Below are positions 49,274 through 59,341 of a stretch of 64,000 nt of DNA, one piece after another. The number at the start of each line of letters is the position of its first letter. Positions within the stretch are counted from its first letter, which is position 1. The translations under genes and the position numbers were made by a program. Origin of the DNA: an uncultured Chitinophaga sp. (GTDB lineage: Bacteria > Bacteroidota > Bacteroidia > UBA7662); NCBI GenBank assembly GCA_964577055.1, contig CAZNWC010000003.1:28020-92019 (forward strand), in the 5' to 3' direction. The notes beneath the pieces are model-generated. The model saw nothing but the letters and a program-made list of their open reading frames with translations, did not search any database and was not told the origin of the DNA.

Positions 49274-52200
49274 TTGTTCCGATACATGAAGTACTTTTTG
49301 ACCCTGGCTACGGCTTTGTTGATTTCTGCCACGGCCGGATTTGCCCAATTGCAATTGCCCGCCTTGCAGCAAGTACAACAGCAACTCAATGCGTCGTACC
49401 GCTTGCAACGCCAACAGCTTGAAAAGCGCGCCAAAGAACAAGGTTTGCCCATGCGCTGGAAAGACGATGCCGGCCACGAAGTAGAACTCACCGGCTTCGA
49501 CGAGCTGGGCATGCCCGTGTATGTGATTACCGACAATGTGGTGGCCGCCAACAGCACCGCCACCTCACGGGTGTATCCGGGGGGCAGTTTGGGATACAAC
49601 CTCACTGGTGCGGGCATGACCGTGGGCGAATGGGATGGGGGAGCTACCCGCCTTACCCACCAAGAACTGAACGGCCGTGCTGTTCAAGTAGATGGGGCCA
49701 CCACCCTCAGCAACCACGCCACACACGTGGCGGGTACCCTCATTGGCGGCGGGGTGCAACCCAATGCCAGGGGCATGGCCTGGGAAGCGAACCTGGCTAC
49801 CTACGATTGGAACAACGACAATGCCGAGATGACGGCTGCCGCGCAAAATGGACTCCTCGTTTCGAACCACAGCTACGGACAAATTGCCGGCTGGTACAGT
49901 TCGGGAGGCGTTTGGTATTGGTACGGCACTACCAGCATCAGCGAAACCCTCGATTGGAACTTCGGCTTTTACAACAGCAAGGCCCAGCAGTGGGACCAAA
50001 TAGCGGTGAACAACCCTTTTTACCTCATTGTGAAGTCGGCAGGCAACAACCGCAACCAAGGACCCAGCGCCGGTACCAGCCACCAGGTGCGCAATGCCAA
50101 CGGACAGTGGGTAACGAGCACCACGGTGCGGCCCCGTTCAGGTCCGTACGACTGTTTGCCCACCTATTCAGTAGCCAAAAACATCCTCACCATTGGGGCG
50201 GTAAACGATTTGAACAACGGCTGGCAATCGGCTGCGGGCGTGGGCATGTCGTCGTTCAGCAGCTGGGGTCCTACCGACGACGGACGCATCAAGCCCGACA
50301 TTGTAGGCAATGGGGTGGGTTTGTACTCGAGTTATTCGGGCAGCAATACGGCCTATGCCAGCATCAGCGGTACCAGCATGTCGGGTCCCAATGTAGCCGG
50401 CAGCCTCATCCTCATCCAACAGCGTTTTCAGCAAGTGCACAACCGCTTCATGCGTTCTTCCACCTTAAAGGCACTTTCCATCCATACGGCCGATGAAGCA
50501 GGTCCCGACCCCGGGCCCGATTATATGTTCGGTTGGGGTTTGCTCAATACCGGCCGTGCCGTGCAGCTCATCGACAATGTGGATGCACAATCCTTGCTCG
50601 AGGAGCACACCCTCGAAGACCAGGCCACCTGGCAATTGGCCGCCAGCCATCCACAGGCTGGGCCATTGCGCGTGAGCATTGCCTGGACCGACCCTGCAGC
50701 CACTCCTCCTCCTGCTTCGCTCAATCCGAGCACCCGCATGTTGGTGAACGACCTCGATTTGCGGCTCATCCATGTGCCTACCAATACGGTGTACAGTCCG
50801 TGGATTTTGGATCCAGCCAATCCTTCGGCTGCGGCACAAACGGGCGACAACAACCGCGACAATGTGGAGCAAGTATTTGTGGCCAATGCTCCGGCAGGCG
50901 AATATTTGGTGGTGATCAGCCACAAAGGCAGTTTGCGCCAGGGCCAGCCCCAGGCATTTGGCTTGGTGGCCACTGGTTTGGTGAAAGGTTTAGAAGCCAA
51001 TTTCACGGCCAGCAGCCGATTTGTGTGCGTGGGCGATACGGTGCAGTTCGCAAGCACTTCAGCAGGTGCAAGTCAGTATGCATGGTCGTTCCCCGGCGCC
51101 AATCCCACCACCGATACCACTGCCCAACCGCGGGTGGTGTACAACAATCCGGGCATTTATCCCGTAAGCCTGGCAGTGAGTGGTTTGCAGGGAACAGACA
51201 CTTTGCTGCGGTCGACTTACATGTACGTAGGCCGAGGCGTAGCGTTGCCTTTCACCGAAGATTTTGAAAACGAAGCCTGGGAAGATAGGGGCTGGCGTAT
51301 CGAGAATCCCGATTCGGCCCGGACCTGGGCCCTTACCAATGTTGGGGGAAGCAGCACCGGCAGCAGGGCCGCGTTTATGGATTTTTACAATTACAACCAA
51401 TCAGGCGCCATCGACCGCATGACGGCACCTCCGGTGGATCTTACCGGCTTGGGAAGTGCCAGTTTACAATTCCGCCATGCCTATCGCCGCTACAACAGCA
51501 GCACCAGCGATTCGTTGCGCATCAAGGTATCGGTAGATTGCGGTCAAAACTGGACAACTGTACTGGCTGTTGGTGGCAATACCATGGCAACGGCAGCGGC
51601 CAGCACCAGCAATTTTGTGCCGGCTACAGCCGCCGATTGGTGTGGCGCCGGCAGCAATTTGGCTTGTTTCAATGTGGCATTGGATAGCTTTGTGGGTCAA
51701 CCGCAAGTTTGGGTGCAGTTTGAAGCGGTAAATGCCTATGGCAACAACCTTTACATCGACGATGTAGTGGTGACCGGCGTACCCAATGTATTGCCACAGG
51801 CCGCCCTTACCCAGTCGGTGAACCGCCTTTGCGCGGGCGATAGCGTGCAGTTTGGCGATGTTTCTACCGGTTTGCCCAATGCCCGCAGCTGGTTGTTCCC
51901 CGGTGGTTCGCCCGCCAGCAGCACCGACCCGCAACCCAGGGTAGCCTACCCAGGCGCGGGGACCTACAACGTCAGCCTGATTGTGCAAAACGTGGTGGGT
52001 TTTGATACCCTCGTGATTGCGCAAGCCGTGCAGGTAGATGCCTTGCCTTCGGTGAGCATGGCCGCCTTACCTGTAGTCTGTAGTACCGATGGGGTGTTGA
52101 CCCTCACGGCCGGACAGCCTGCCGGGGGCTACTATTCAGGCACCGGCGTGGTGGGCAGTCAACAATTCGATCCTGCCCTGGCCGGCCCCGGACTGCACGA

Positions 52201-53179
52201 CATCATCTACACCTACACCCAAAACGGCTGTGTGGCCAATGTCACCGCTCAAATTACTGTAACGGCCACACCACAAGCCAGCTTGGCGCTAATTTTGCCG
52301 CAGTGTGTGCAAAACGGTGCCATAGCCCTGGTACAAGGCAGCCCATCGGGTGGCACCTACTTAGGGCCTGGCGTGAACGGCAACCTATTCGATCCGGCCT
52401 TGGCAGGGGTGGGCAGTCATACCATCCGTTATGTGTTGAGCAACGGCAATTGCGCCGATACCGCCAGCACCCAAGTGGTGGTTACGGCAGCACCTCAGGC
52501 AAGCATCACGGCTTTGCCCAGTCTGTGCACCGATGGAGGCACCCGATTGTTGCAGGGACAACCGCAGGGAGGCAATTTCAGCGGGCCAGGCGTCAATTTT
52601 GGGGTATTCAATGCCCTCCAGGCCGGTCCAGGCGTGCATGATGTGCGCTACATCGTGTCGGTGAATGGCTGTACCGATACGGCCCTAATGCAGGTGGAAG
52701 TGTTGGCCACGCCGGCCCAACCCGAAATTACTGTGCAAGGCAGCCAATTGGTTTCGAGTGCACTCAGCGGCAATCGCTGGTACCGCAACGGACAGCTGCT
52801 GCCCAACGATACGGGTCGCGTGCTGCTGCCAGCGCTTACCGGTAATTACCAAGTGCAGGTACAAAACGGCGGTTGTGTATCGCCATTGTCTACCGCTTTT
52901 GTCGTTTCGCAAGTCAGTGTAGCGCCACAAGGGTTGGCTGGGGTAGAAGTTTTTCCCAATCCCACCAGCGACCGCTTGCAAGTGCGTTGGGAGGCAGCCC
53001 TTTACCAGGTGCGCAACTTGGCGCTGTACAATGCCTTGGGACAAAAAGTACTTGAAACAGAAGTGCGCAGCCAAGGACAAGCCGCGATTGATGTGGGCAC
53101 ATTGCCCGAGGGCACCTACCAGCTGATGCTCAACGGAGATCGACAAACATTTAGTACAACATTTCTTATTCGCAGATAA
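49274..53179 (+). CDS. Subtilisin-like serine peptidase (S8) with Ig-like repeats and T9SS C-terminal sorting domain
   Basis: 1301 aa with catalytic His HATHVAGTLIGGG and catalytic Ser GTSMSGPNVAGS. Four ~65-aa Cys-containing Ig-like repeats (SG.GV...FDPALAG.G.H.I.Y....GC) are followed by a C-terminal CTD VFPNPTSDRLQV...GTYQLML. Confidence 0.85.
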   Translation: MFRYMKYFLTLATALLISATAGFAQLQLPALQQVQQQLNASYRLQRQQLEKRAKEQGLPMRWKDDAGHEVELTGFDELGMPVYVITDNVVAANSTATSRVYPGGSLGYNLTGAGMTVGEWDGGATRLTHQELNGRAVQVDGATTLSNHATHVAGTLIGGGVQPNARGMAWEANLATYDWNNDNAEMTAAAQNGLLVSNHSYGQIAGWYSSGGVWYWYGTTSISETLDWNFGFYNSKAQQWDQIAVNNPFYLIVKSAGNNRNQGPSAGTSHQVRNANGQWVTSTTVRPRSGPYDCLPTYSVAKNILTIGAVNDLNNGWQSAAGVGMSSFSSWGPTDDGRIKPDIVGNGVGLYSSYSGSNTAYASISGTSMSGPNVAGSLILIQQRFQQVHNRFMRSSTLKALSIHTADEAGPDPGPDYMFGWGLLNTGRAVQLIDNVDAQSLLEEHTLEDQATWQLAASHPQAGPLRVSIAWTDPAATPPPASLNPSTRMLVNDLDLRLIHVPTNTVYSPWILDPANPSAAAQTGDNNRDNVEQVFVANAPAGEYLVVISHKGSLRQGQPQAFGLVATGLVKGLEANFTASSRFVCVGDTVQFASTSAGASQYAWSFPGANPTTDTTAQPRVVYNNPGIYPVSLAVSGLQGTDTLLRSTYMYVGRGVALPFTEDFENEAWEDRGWRIENPDSARTWALTNVGGSSTGSRAAFMDFYNYNQSGAIDRMTAPPVDLTGLGSASLQFRHAYRRYNSSTSDSLRIKVSVDCGQNWTTVLAVGGNTMATAAASTSNFVPATAADWCGAGSNLACFNVALDSFVGQPQVWVQFEAVNAYGNNLYIDDVVVTGVPNVLPQAALTQSVNRLCAGDSVQFGDVSTGLPNARSWLFPGGSPASSTDPQPRVAYPGAGTYNVSLIVQNVVGFDTLVIAQAVQVDALPSVSMAALPVVCSTDGVLTLTAGQPAGGYYSGTGVVGSQQFDPALAGPGLHDIIYTYTQNGCVANVTAQITVTATPQASLALILPQCVQNGAIALVQGSPSGGTYLGPGVNGNLFDPALAGVGSHTIRYVLSNGNCADTASTQVVVTAAPQASITALPSLCTDGGTRLLQGQPQGGNFSGPGVNFGVFNALQAGPGVHDVRYIVSVNGCTDTALMQVEVLATPAQPEITVQGSQLVSSALSGNRWYRNGQLLPNDTGRVLLPALTGNYQVQVQNGGCVSPLSTAFVVSQVSVAPQGLAGVEVFPNPTSDRLQVRWEAALYQVRNLALYNALGQKVLETEVRSQGQAAIDVGTLPEGTYQLMLNGDRQTFSTTFLIRR

Positions 53180-55807
53180 ATGAAGCAGTTTTTTACGCTG
53201 TTAGCAGGGTTCATCCTGCTGAGCGGCCTCACACAGGCCCAAAACCAAGTGGTGCGTTGCTACACCACCGAAATGCAGGAAAACCTGCGCAACCAGGGGC
53301 AATGGCCCGAAACTGATGCCCAATTTGAACGTTGGCTGGCCGAAAAAATGCAACATACCGACTTGAGCACCGAAAATCCCCGCGTATTGCCGGTGGTGTT
53401 TCACATCATTTACCAGCAAGAAAACAACATCTGGAACATTTCCGATGCCCAGGTGATGTCGCAATTGCAGGTGCTGAACGAAGATTTTCTGCGCTTGAAT
53501 CCCGACACCACCAACACACCGGCAGCTTTTCAGCCTTCGGCGGTGAATACGGGCATTTCGTTTTGTTTGGCCCAGCGTGATCCGCAGGGAAATCCCACCA
53601 CAGGCATCATTCGGCACCAGTTTGCCAGCACCACCAGCTGGAGTACTGGCACGTTTAACAGCACCGTGAAGCCGGCTACCATTTGGGATCCTACCCGCTA
53701 TTTCAACATCTGGATTGCCAATTTGAGCGGTGGTGTATTGGGTTACGCCCAATTTCCCACAGGTTCGGGTTTGCCCGGTTTAAGTGGTAGCGGTTCTGCC
53801 AATACCGACGGCATTGTGCTGTTGTACAGCTCGGTGGGTCGTCCGCCTTTCAATAATTTTGGAGGGGTATACAACCGCGGCCGGACCGCCACGCACGAGG
53901 TAGGCCACTACCTGGGCCTGCGCCACATTTGGGGCGATGGCGGTTGTTCGGTGGATGATTTTTGTGGCGATACCCCCGCCAGCGACGCAGCCAATTTTGG
54001 TTGTCCGGTTACCCACGTATCGTGCGGCTCTGTTGACATGGTGCAGAATTATATGGATTATACCGATGATGCCTGCATGAACCTGTTTACCGCTGAGCAA
54101 ACCGCTCGCATGATCACCGTTTTGCAGAACAGTCCACGCCGGGCCAGCTTGCTCACGGCCACCAGCTGTTTGCCGGCGGTGCAACGCCCGCAAGGGGGAT
54201 TTGCCCAAACCGCCGATACCATTTGCGTGGGAGGCAGTTTGAGCTTTAGCGATTTATCTACCAATCAGCCTACCCAATGGTTGTGGCAATTTGCCGGCGG
54301 CACCCCTGCTACCGATACCACCCCCAATCCAACGGGTATTGTTTACACCACCCCCGGAACCTACAACGTCACCCTCATTGCCAGCAACGGTGCCGGCAGC
54401 GATACCGTGGTGCGCAATTTGGCGGTGGTGGTGCAAGCCAACATTCAGGCCCAGTTGGCATCACTTGACAGTGTTTGTGCTTCTGACCTGCCGACCGTAC
54501 TCACAGCTGGTTTTCCGCGCGGAGGTATTTACAGCGGTCCGGGCGTGAGCAACGACAGCTTATTTAATCCCGCAGCAGCAGGTGCTGGTGTGCACCAAAT
54601 CATCTACACCCTGCCTGGTTGCGGCAGCAGCGATACCGCCTTTGTAACGGTATTGGCTGCCCCTGGTGCTCAATTGCAGGGCTTGGCACCAGCTTATTGC
54701 CTCAATGCGGCTGCGGTAGCCTTGAGCGGACAACCCGCCGGAGGGGTGTTCAGCGGTCCGGGCGTTTCGGCAGGCCAATTTGTGCCTGCACAAGCCGGCA
54801 CCGGCACGCACACCTTGCGCTATACCACCACCAACAGCCTCGGCTGCCAATCGGTCGACAGCGTGACCGTGCAGGTGAATGCGTTGCCTGCAGTGAGCGT
54901 ACCTGTGTTGCAGCCGGTATGTGTGACCACACCCTTTTTGGTGCTCACAGGGGCGAATCCTCCCGGTGGCACTTGGTCGGGACCCGGTGTGTCGAACGAC
55001 ACCCTTTATCCGGCTGTGGCAGGAGCGGGTACCGTTGTGCTTACGTACACCCGTCCGCCCGCCACAAATACCGGTTGCACCAACAGCGCCACCGTTCAAA
55101 TGACCATCAACCAGCCGGCCAATGTGACTTTCCAACCGGTGGCCGATGTGTGTTTGCGGGGCAACAACGTTTTGTTGAACCAAGCCAGTGTGCCAGGGGG
55201 CAATTACAGCGGTCCAGGCGTTAATTTCGGCATTTTTAATCCCACCCAAGCCGGCCTGGGCGTGCATACCATCCAGTACAGCGGCAACAGCGGCGGTTGT
55301 GCAGTGGGGGGCAGTTTCACCATTCGTGTGATCACCGCCGATACTCCTGCCATTGCCGCACTGGGCGCCGACAGTTTGCAGGCAAGCGTTGTAGGCAGCG
55401 CCTACCGTTGGTACCGCGATGGCATTCAACTCATGAACGAAAGTGCCAGAAGCATCCGGCCTTTGGTGAGCGGTGTTTACCGGGTGGAAGTATTGCAGGG
55501 GGGCTGCTGGTCGGAAGGAAGTGCCGATTTTGCGTACTTCATGACCTCGGTACAACCCCTGGGGGCCGCTGAGCTGAAGGTGTATCCCAATCCATCGCAG
55601 GGTTTGTTTGTGGTAGAACGGCCGGCTGGTGAAACAGCTGCCTACACGCTCGAATTGCGCGATGCCCAAGGACGCCTGGTGCAGCAATGGACCGGCACTG
55701 AAGCACGCCTGGAGCTCGATGTACAAACCGCCGCCCCCGGCGTTTACCTGCTGCGTTACAGCAGTGGCAACGCGCCAGCGGTGCACACCCGTTTGATCAA
55801 GCAATAA
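53180..55807 (+). CDS. Zinc metalloprotease, M43/pappalysin-like, with Ig-like repeats and T9SS C-terminal sorting domain
   Basis: 875 aa. The metzincin motif HEVGHYLGLRHIWGDGG is present. The repeat family is the same as in the upstream S8 gene. The CTD is VYPNPSQGLFVV...GVYLLRY. The ATG immediately follows the S8 stop. Confidence 0.8.
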   Translation: MKQFFTLLAGFILLSGLTQAQNQVVRCYTTEMQENLRNQGQWPETDAQFERWLAEKMQHTDLSTENPRVLPVVFHIIYQQENNIWNISDAQVMSQLQVLNEDFLRLNPDTTNTPAAFQPSAVNTGISFCLAQRDPQGNPTTGIIRHQFASTTSWSTGTFNSTVKPATIWDPTRYFNIWIANLSGGVLGYAQFPTGSGLPGLSGSGSANTDGIVLLYSSVGRPPFNNFGGVYNRGRTATHEVGHYLGLRHIWGDGGCSVDDFCGDTPASDAANFGCPVTHVSCGSVDMVQNYMDYTDDACMNLFTAEQTARMITVLQNSPRRASLLTATSCLPAVQRPQGGFAQTADTICVGGSLSFSDLSTNQPTQWLWQFAGGTPATDTTPNPTGIVYTTPGTYNVTLIASNGAGSDTVVRNLAVVVQANIQAQLASLDSVCASDLPTVLTAGFPRGGIYSGPGVSNDSLFNPAAAGAGVHQIIYTLPGCGSSDTAFVTVLAAPGAQLQGLAPAYCLNAAAVALSGQPAGGVFSGPGVSAGQFVPAQAGTGTHTLRYTTTNSLGCQSVDSVTVQVNALPAVSVPVLQPVCVTTPFLVLTGANPPGGTWSGPGVSNDTLYPAVAGAGTVVLTYTRPPATNTGCTNSATVQMTINQPANVTFQPVADVCLRGNNVLLNQASVPGGNYSGPGVNFGIFNPTQAGLGVHTIQYSGNSGGCAVGGSFTIRVITADTPAIAALGADSLQASVVGSAYRWYRDGIQLMNESARSIRPLVSGVYRVEVLQGGCWSEGSADFAYFMTSVQPLGAAELKVYPNPSQGLFVVERPAGETAAYTLELRDAQGRLVQQWTGTEARLELDVQTAAPGVYLLRYSSGNAPAVHTRLIKQ

Positions 55808-55815
55808 GCCATCTA

Positions 55816-55861
55816 CGCAGCTCGGGAGCAAGTCCAAGACTCCCGGGCTGCGTTCTTTTTT
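55816..55861 (+). terminator. Rho-independent terminator after protease operon
   Basis: A 13-bp stem CGCAGCTCGGGAG/CTCCCGGGCTGCG with one mismatch is followed by TTCTTTTTT. Confidence 0.6.
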
Positions 55862-55905
55862 GTGCATTGCTGGCAGCGTGCTAAATTGCAACACAACCGC
55901 ATTGT

Positions 55906-56208
55906 ATGGAACGTATTCAAAGCTTCAAGGAATTTTATCCTTATTACCTCAGCGAACACAGCAAACCTGCTACCCGGGCCTTGCACTATGTGGGCACCAG
56001 TTTGTTTTTCATCCTATTGATCACCGGCTTGGTGCGCGGCAAATGGTACTATTTTGCCTTGTTGCCCATCATGGGCTACGGATTTGCTTGGGTAGGCCAC
56101 TTTTTTGTAGAAAAAAACAAGCCCGCTACCTTCCAATACCCCTTGTGGAGCCTGGCAAGCGATTTTGTGATGTATTTTCAGTGGATCAGCGGCCGGCTCA
56201 AGGTGTAA
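55906..56208 (+). CDS. DUF962/Mpo1-like small membrane protein
   Basis: 100 aa. MERIQSFKEFYPYYLSEHSKPATRALHYVGT is followed by 2 TMs and ends near ...YPLWSLASDFVMYF. Confidence 0.5.
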   Translation: MERIQSFKEFYPYYLSEHSKPATRALHYVGTSLFFILLITGLVRGKWYYFALLPIMGYGFAWVGHFFVEKNKPATFQYPLWSLASDFVMYFQWISGRLKV

Positions 56209-56242
56209 TGGACACAAGGCAGCTAAAATGCCTGCAGCTAAA

Positions 56243-56290
56243 AAAGAAAAGCCCCCGCAATGCAGGGGCTTTGTTGTATTGTTTTGGGCT
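56243..56290. terminator. Bidirectional terminator between convergent genes
   Basis: The hairpin AAGCCCC/GGGGCTT is flanked by A/T runs on both strands. Confidence 0.45.
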
Positions 56291-56721
56291 TAGGCTTTGG
56301 CAGCTGCTTCGGCTTCGGCAGCGGCTTTGTCGGCCGCTTCAAAATCGAGCAGGGGCGCCAGCATCACATACCATTTCATGAGTTTGCGCATATCGCTTAC
56401 GTATACCTGTTCACGGTCGTAATTGGGTACCAAGGTTTCGAAACGGGCAATGATGGCAGCATTGTCGGCCTTGGCAATGTCGAGGTCGCTCAGGTCCACG
56501 TTATCGGCCTTCATGCGACGGAAAATATCCTTGAGGGCTTCCTGATCGGCGGCGGTGTACACGCTGATGTCGTCGAGCGCAGCCACTTTGCTGGTTCCGG
56601 GAATCACCGTGCGTTTGCCGGTGCCGTCGAGGGCTTCTACAATAAATCCACCCTTGGTGGTGCTGAGTACCTTATACAAACCGGGTTTGCCGGTAATGTT
56701 CACAATGCCTTTTAAATCCAT
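56290..56721 (-). CDS. Conserved hypothetical protein (possibly DUF5606-like)
   Basis: 143 aa, soluble, with an Ala/Glu-rich C-terminal tail. The DUF5606 name is from memory, so confidence is low. Confidence 0.35.
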   Translation of the reverse strand: MDLKGIVNITGKPGLYKVLSTTKGGFIVEALDGTGKRTVIPGTSKVAALDDISVYTAADQEALKDIFRRMKADNVDLSDLDIAKADNAAIIARFETLVPNYDREQVYVSDMRKLMKWYVMLAPLLDFEAADKAAAEAEAAAKA

Positions 56722-56785
56722 ATTGCGCTTTTTTGCGGGCTGCTAATTTAGGCGAGTTGGCCGAATTATCATAATGCCCCTGGCC

Positions 56786-57142
56786 TCAACGTTTGCGCTC
56801 CTGCAACAATCGGTTCATTTGTTCCAGCAAGTCGGTGTATTTGTCTTTCCACAATTCCTTTTCACGCAAGGCCTGCGCCAGCTGCTCTTGCAGGTCGGTG
56901 AATTCCGACTCGCTGAGGTAATTGCCCTTGTAGGTGCGGTGGCCCGGATCGTTGCCCAGCAATTCGGCAAATGGATAATTGAGTTCCTGCCGCAAAAGCA
57001 AAAGGGTTTGGTTGTCGATGCTGGCCTTCTCAAAGAGGTTGTAAATGAACTGCCTGCTGCGGCCCAAACGGCGTGCGAGCTCAGCAATGGGCAAGCCACG
57101 GTCAACAATCACTTCTTTTACCAATTCGCCCGCATGCTTCAT
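56786..57142 (-). CDS. Helix-turn-helix (XRE-like) domain protein with C-terminal coiled coil
   Basis: 118 aa. LPIAELARRLGRSRQFIYNLF is HTH-like. The C-terminal segment is Glu/Leu-rich and helical. Confidence 0.45.
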   Translation of the reverse strand: MKHAGELVKEVIVDRGLPIAELARRLGRSRQFIYNLFEKASIDNQTLLLLRQELNYPFAELLGNDPGHRTYKGNYLSESEFTDLQEQLAQALREKELWKDKYTDLLEQMNRLLQERKR

Positions 57143-57285
57143 GAATACAAATGTGCCGCCATCTGGCGACAGCTTTGTTTACATATCGGCTTGCAAGTGT
57201 TGACAGATATGTCTATATTGCAGTAGAAAAGGCCGTGACTTGCCTTTGCCTCCATCAGCCGCCCTTCAGCAAGGCGGCTCTTTTT

Positions 57286-59181
57286 TTAGTACGAACGCTG
57301 GTTGTTCTTCTCCATAAAATTGATGAAGGCGCGGTTCACCACCCGGGTGCCACCAGGCGTAGGGTAATTGCCGCTGAAATACCAATCGCCCGAGTGGGCC
57401 GTGGCCTGGTGCAGGTTGCCAATGGTTTGGAAAATCACTTCTACCGGTATATCCATGCCGGCAGGGGTGACCAACTGCGCAATTTTGGCGCTTATTTCGG
57501 CATCGCTGAAAGGCTCGTAGATTTTTTTCACGTGGTTCACCATCTTTTCGGCAGGCAGCTTCTCCTGGCTTTTGCACAGCAGGTACACATCGTTGATGAG
57601 GTTCCACATGCCACGCTCTTCTAACAAGGCAATGGCGGCACGGAAAGCCACAAATTCACCCATGCGGCTCATGTCGATGCCGTAACAGTCGGGGTAACGA
57701 ATTTGCGGGGCCGAGCTCACAATCACAATCTTTTTGGGTTGCAAGCGACCCAGTATGGTGATGATGCTTTGTTTGAGGGTGGTGCCCCGCACAATCGAAT
57801 CGTCGAGCACCACCAAATGGTCTTGGTGGGGCTGTAAAATGCCAATGGTGGTATCGTATACATGGGCCACCAGTTCGTCGCGCTGGCTGTCGTCGGTGAT
57901 GAAGGTGCGCAGTTTGGCGTCTTTGATGGCGGCTTTTTCTACACGTGGGCGCAGCTCGAGCAGGCTTTTGAGTTGTTCGGCCGACATGCCGGGTTGTGCA
58001 GCAATTTGTTGGGCCTTGTACTGGTTGAGGTAGTCTTCAACCCCTTTTACCATGCCGTAAAAAGCGGTTTCGGCGGTATTGGGAATGTAGCTGAATACGG
58101 TGTTTTGCAAGTCGCTTTTCACCGACTTCAGTATTTGTGGCACCAGCAATTCGCCCAGTTTTTTGCGTTCGTTGTAAATGGCAATGTCGTTGCCGCGCGA
58201 GAAATAAATGCGCTCAAAACTGCAGTAGGCGGGTTTTTGTGGGGCTATGATTTCGTCCATGCTCAAATGCCCGTTTTTGCGGATGATGAGGGCATGGCCG
58301 GGTTTTACTTCTTTGATGGTTTCAACCGGCACATTGAAGGCCGTGAGAATGGCCGTGCGCTCTGAGGCTACTACGGTAACTTCTTCGTCTTCGTAAAAAT
58401 AGGCCGGACGAATGCCGTGCGGGTCGCGCAGCACAAAGGCATCGCCGTGGCCAAACAAACCGGCCATGGCATAACCACCATCCCAATGTTTGCTCGCTCG
58501 CTTGAGGATGCGCACAATGTCGAGCTCGCGGGCAATGCGCTCTTGTATGTCGGTTTTGCTCAGTCCTTCGCTTTTGTAGCGGGCCATGAGCTCTTCGTTT
58601 TCTTCGTCGAGGAAATGGCCGATTTTTTCCATCACCGTAACGGTGTCGGCTTTTTCTTTGGGGTGTTGTCCCAAAGCCACCAATTGGTTGAAGAGTTCTT
58701 CTACATTCGTCATGTTGAAGTTACCGGCCACCACCAGGTTACGGGTTTTCCAATTGTTTTGGCGCAAAAAAGGATGGCAGGCTTCGATGGTGTTTTTGCC
58801 GTGCGTGCCGTAGCGCAGGTGGCCCAGCAGCAATTCGCCCAAATAGGGCAGCTCGCTTTGCATGCGGCTTACCTGCTCAAAAATACCCGGGTCGGCTTCG
58901 CGGGCCTCCTCAAAATTGGCGTAAATGCGGCTAAAAATATCTTTGATCGGTTGTGCATGTACGCTGCGTACCCGGCTGATGTAGCGTTCACCCGCCGGCA
59001 CATTCAGCTTGATGCTGGCCATGCCAGCGCCATCCTGACCGCGGTTGTGCTGCTTTTCCATGAGCAGGTACAATTTGCTGAGGCCGTAAAGTGCCGAGCC
59101 GTATTTTTCGTGGTAATACGAGAGCGGCTTCTTCAGCCGGAGGAGTGCGATACCACACTCGTGTTTGATTGCATCGCTCAT
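57286..59181 (-). CDS. purF: Amidophosphoribosyltransferase (long Bacteroidota-type)
   Basis: 631 aa. The N-terminal Ntn-hydrolase is MSDAIKHECGIALLRL with a Cys nucleophile. A PRTase-type domain follows. Confidence 0.9.
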   Translation of the reverse strand: MSDAIKHECGIALLRLKKPLSYYHEKYGSALYGLSKLYLLMEKQHNRGQDGAGMASIKLNVPAGERYISRVRSVHAQPIKDIFSRIYANFEEAREADPGIFEQVSRMQSELPYLGELLLGHLRYGTHGKNTIEACHPFLRQNNWKTRNLVVAGNFNMTNVEELFNQLVALGQHPKEKADTVTVMEKIGHFLDEENEELMARYKSEGLSKTDIQERIARELDIVRILKRASKHWDGGYAMAGLFGHGDAFVLRDPHGIRPAYFYEDEEVTVVASERTAILTAFNVPVETIKEVKPGHALIIRKNGHLSMDEIIAPQKPAYCSFERIYFSRGNDIAIYNERKKLGELLVPQILKSVKSDLQNTVFSYIPNTAETAFYGMVKGVEDYLNQYKAQQIAAQPGMSAEQLKSLLELRPRVEKAAIKDAKLRTFITDDSQRDELVAHVYDTTIGILQPHQDHLVVLDDSIVRGTTLKQSIITILGRLQPKKIVIVSSAPQIRYPDCYGIDMSRMGEFVAFRAAIALLEERGMWNLINDVYLLCKSQEKLPAEKMVNHVKKIYEPFSDAEISAKIAQLVTPAGMDIPVEVIFQTIGNLHQATAHSGDWYFSGNYPTPGGTRVVNRAFINFMEKNNQRSY

Positions 59182-59341
59182 GCCGGGGCGCGATTTTTTT
59201 TAGAAAGCACAAAAGTACGGAATTCCAACGCAGACCGGAAACCTTATGGCAACGCAACAAAACCACCGCCCACTTCGTTCCATGAAGGTTGTTGCGCAAA
59301 GCCGTGCACCGCTTGCCGATTTGCCTTAGTTTTGTAAAACC

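Noticed and set aside
56290-57142. HTH (XRE-like) gene plus adjacent small protein as a TA or defence pair
   Set aside because: The genes are separated by 64 bp, and the small partner has no toxin-like motif. Neither matches a TA family I recognise. Left as hypothetical.
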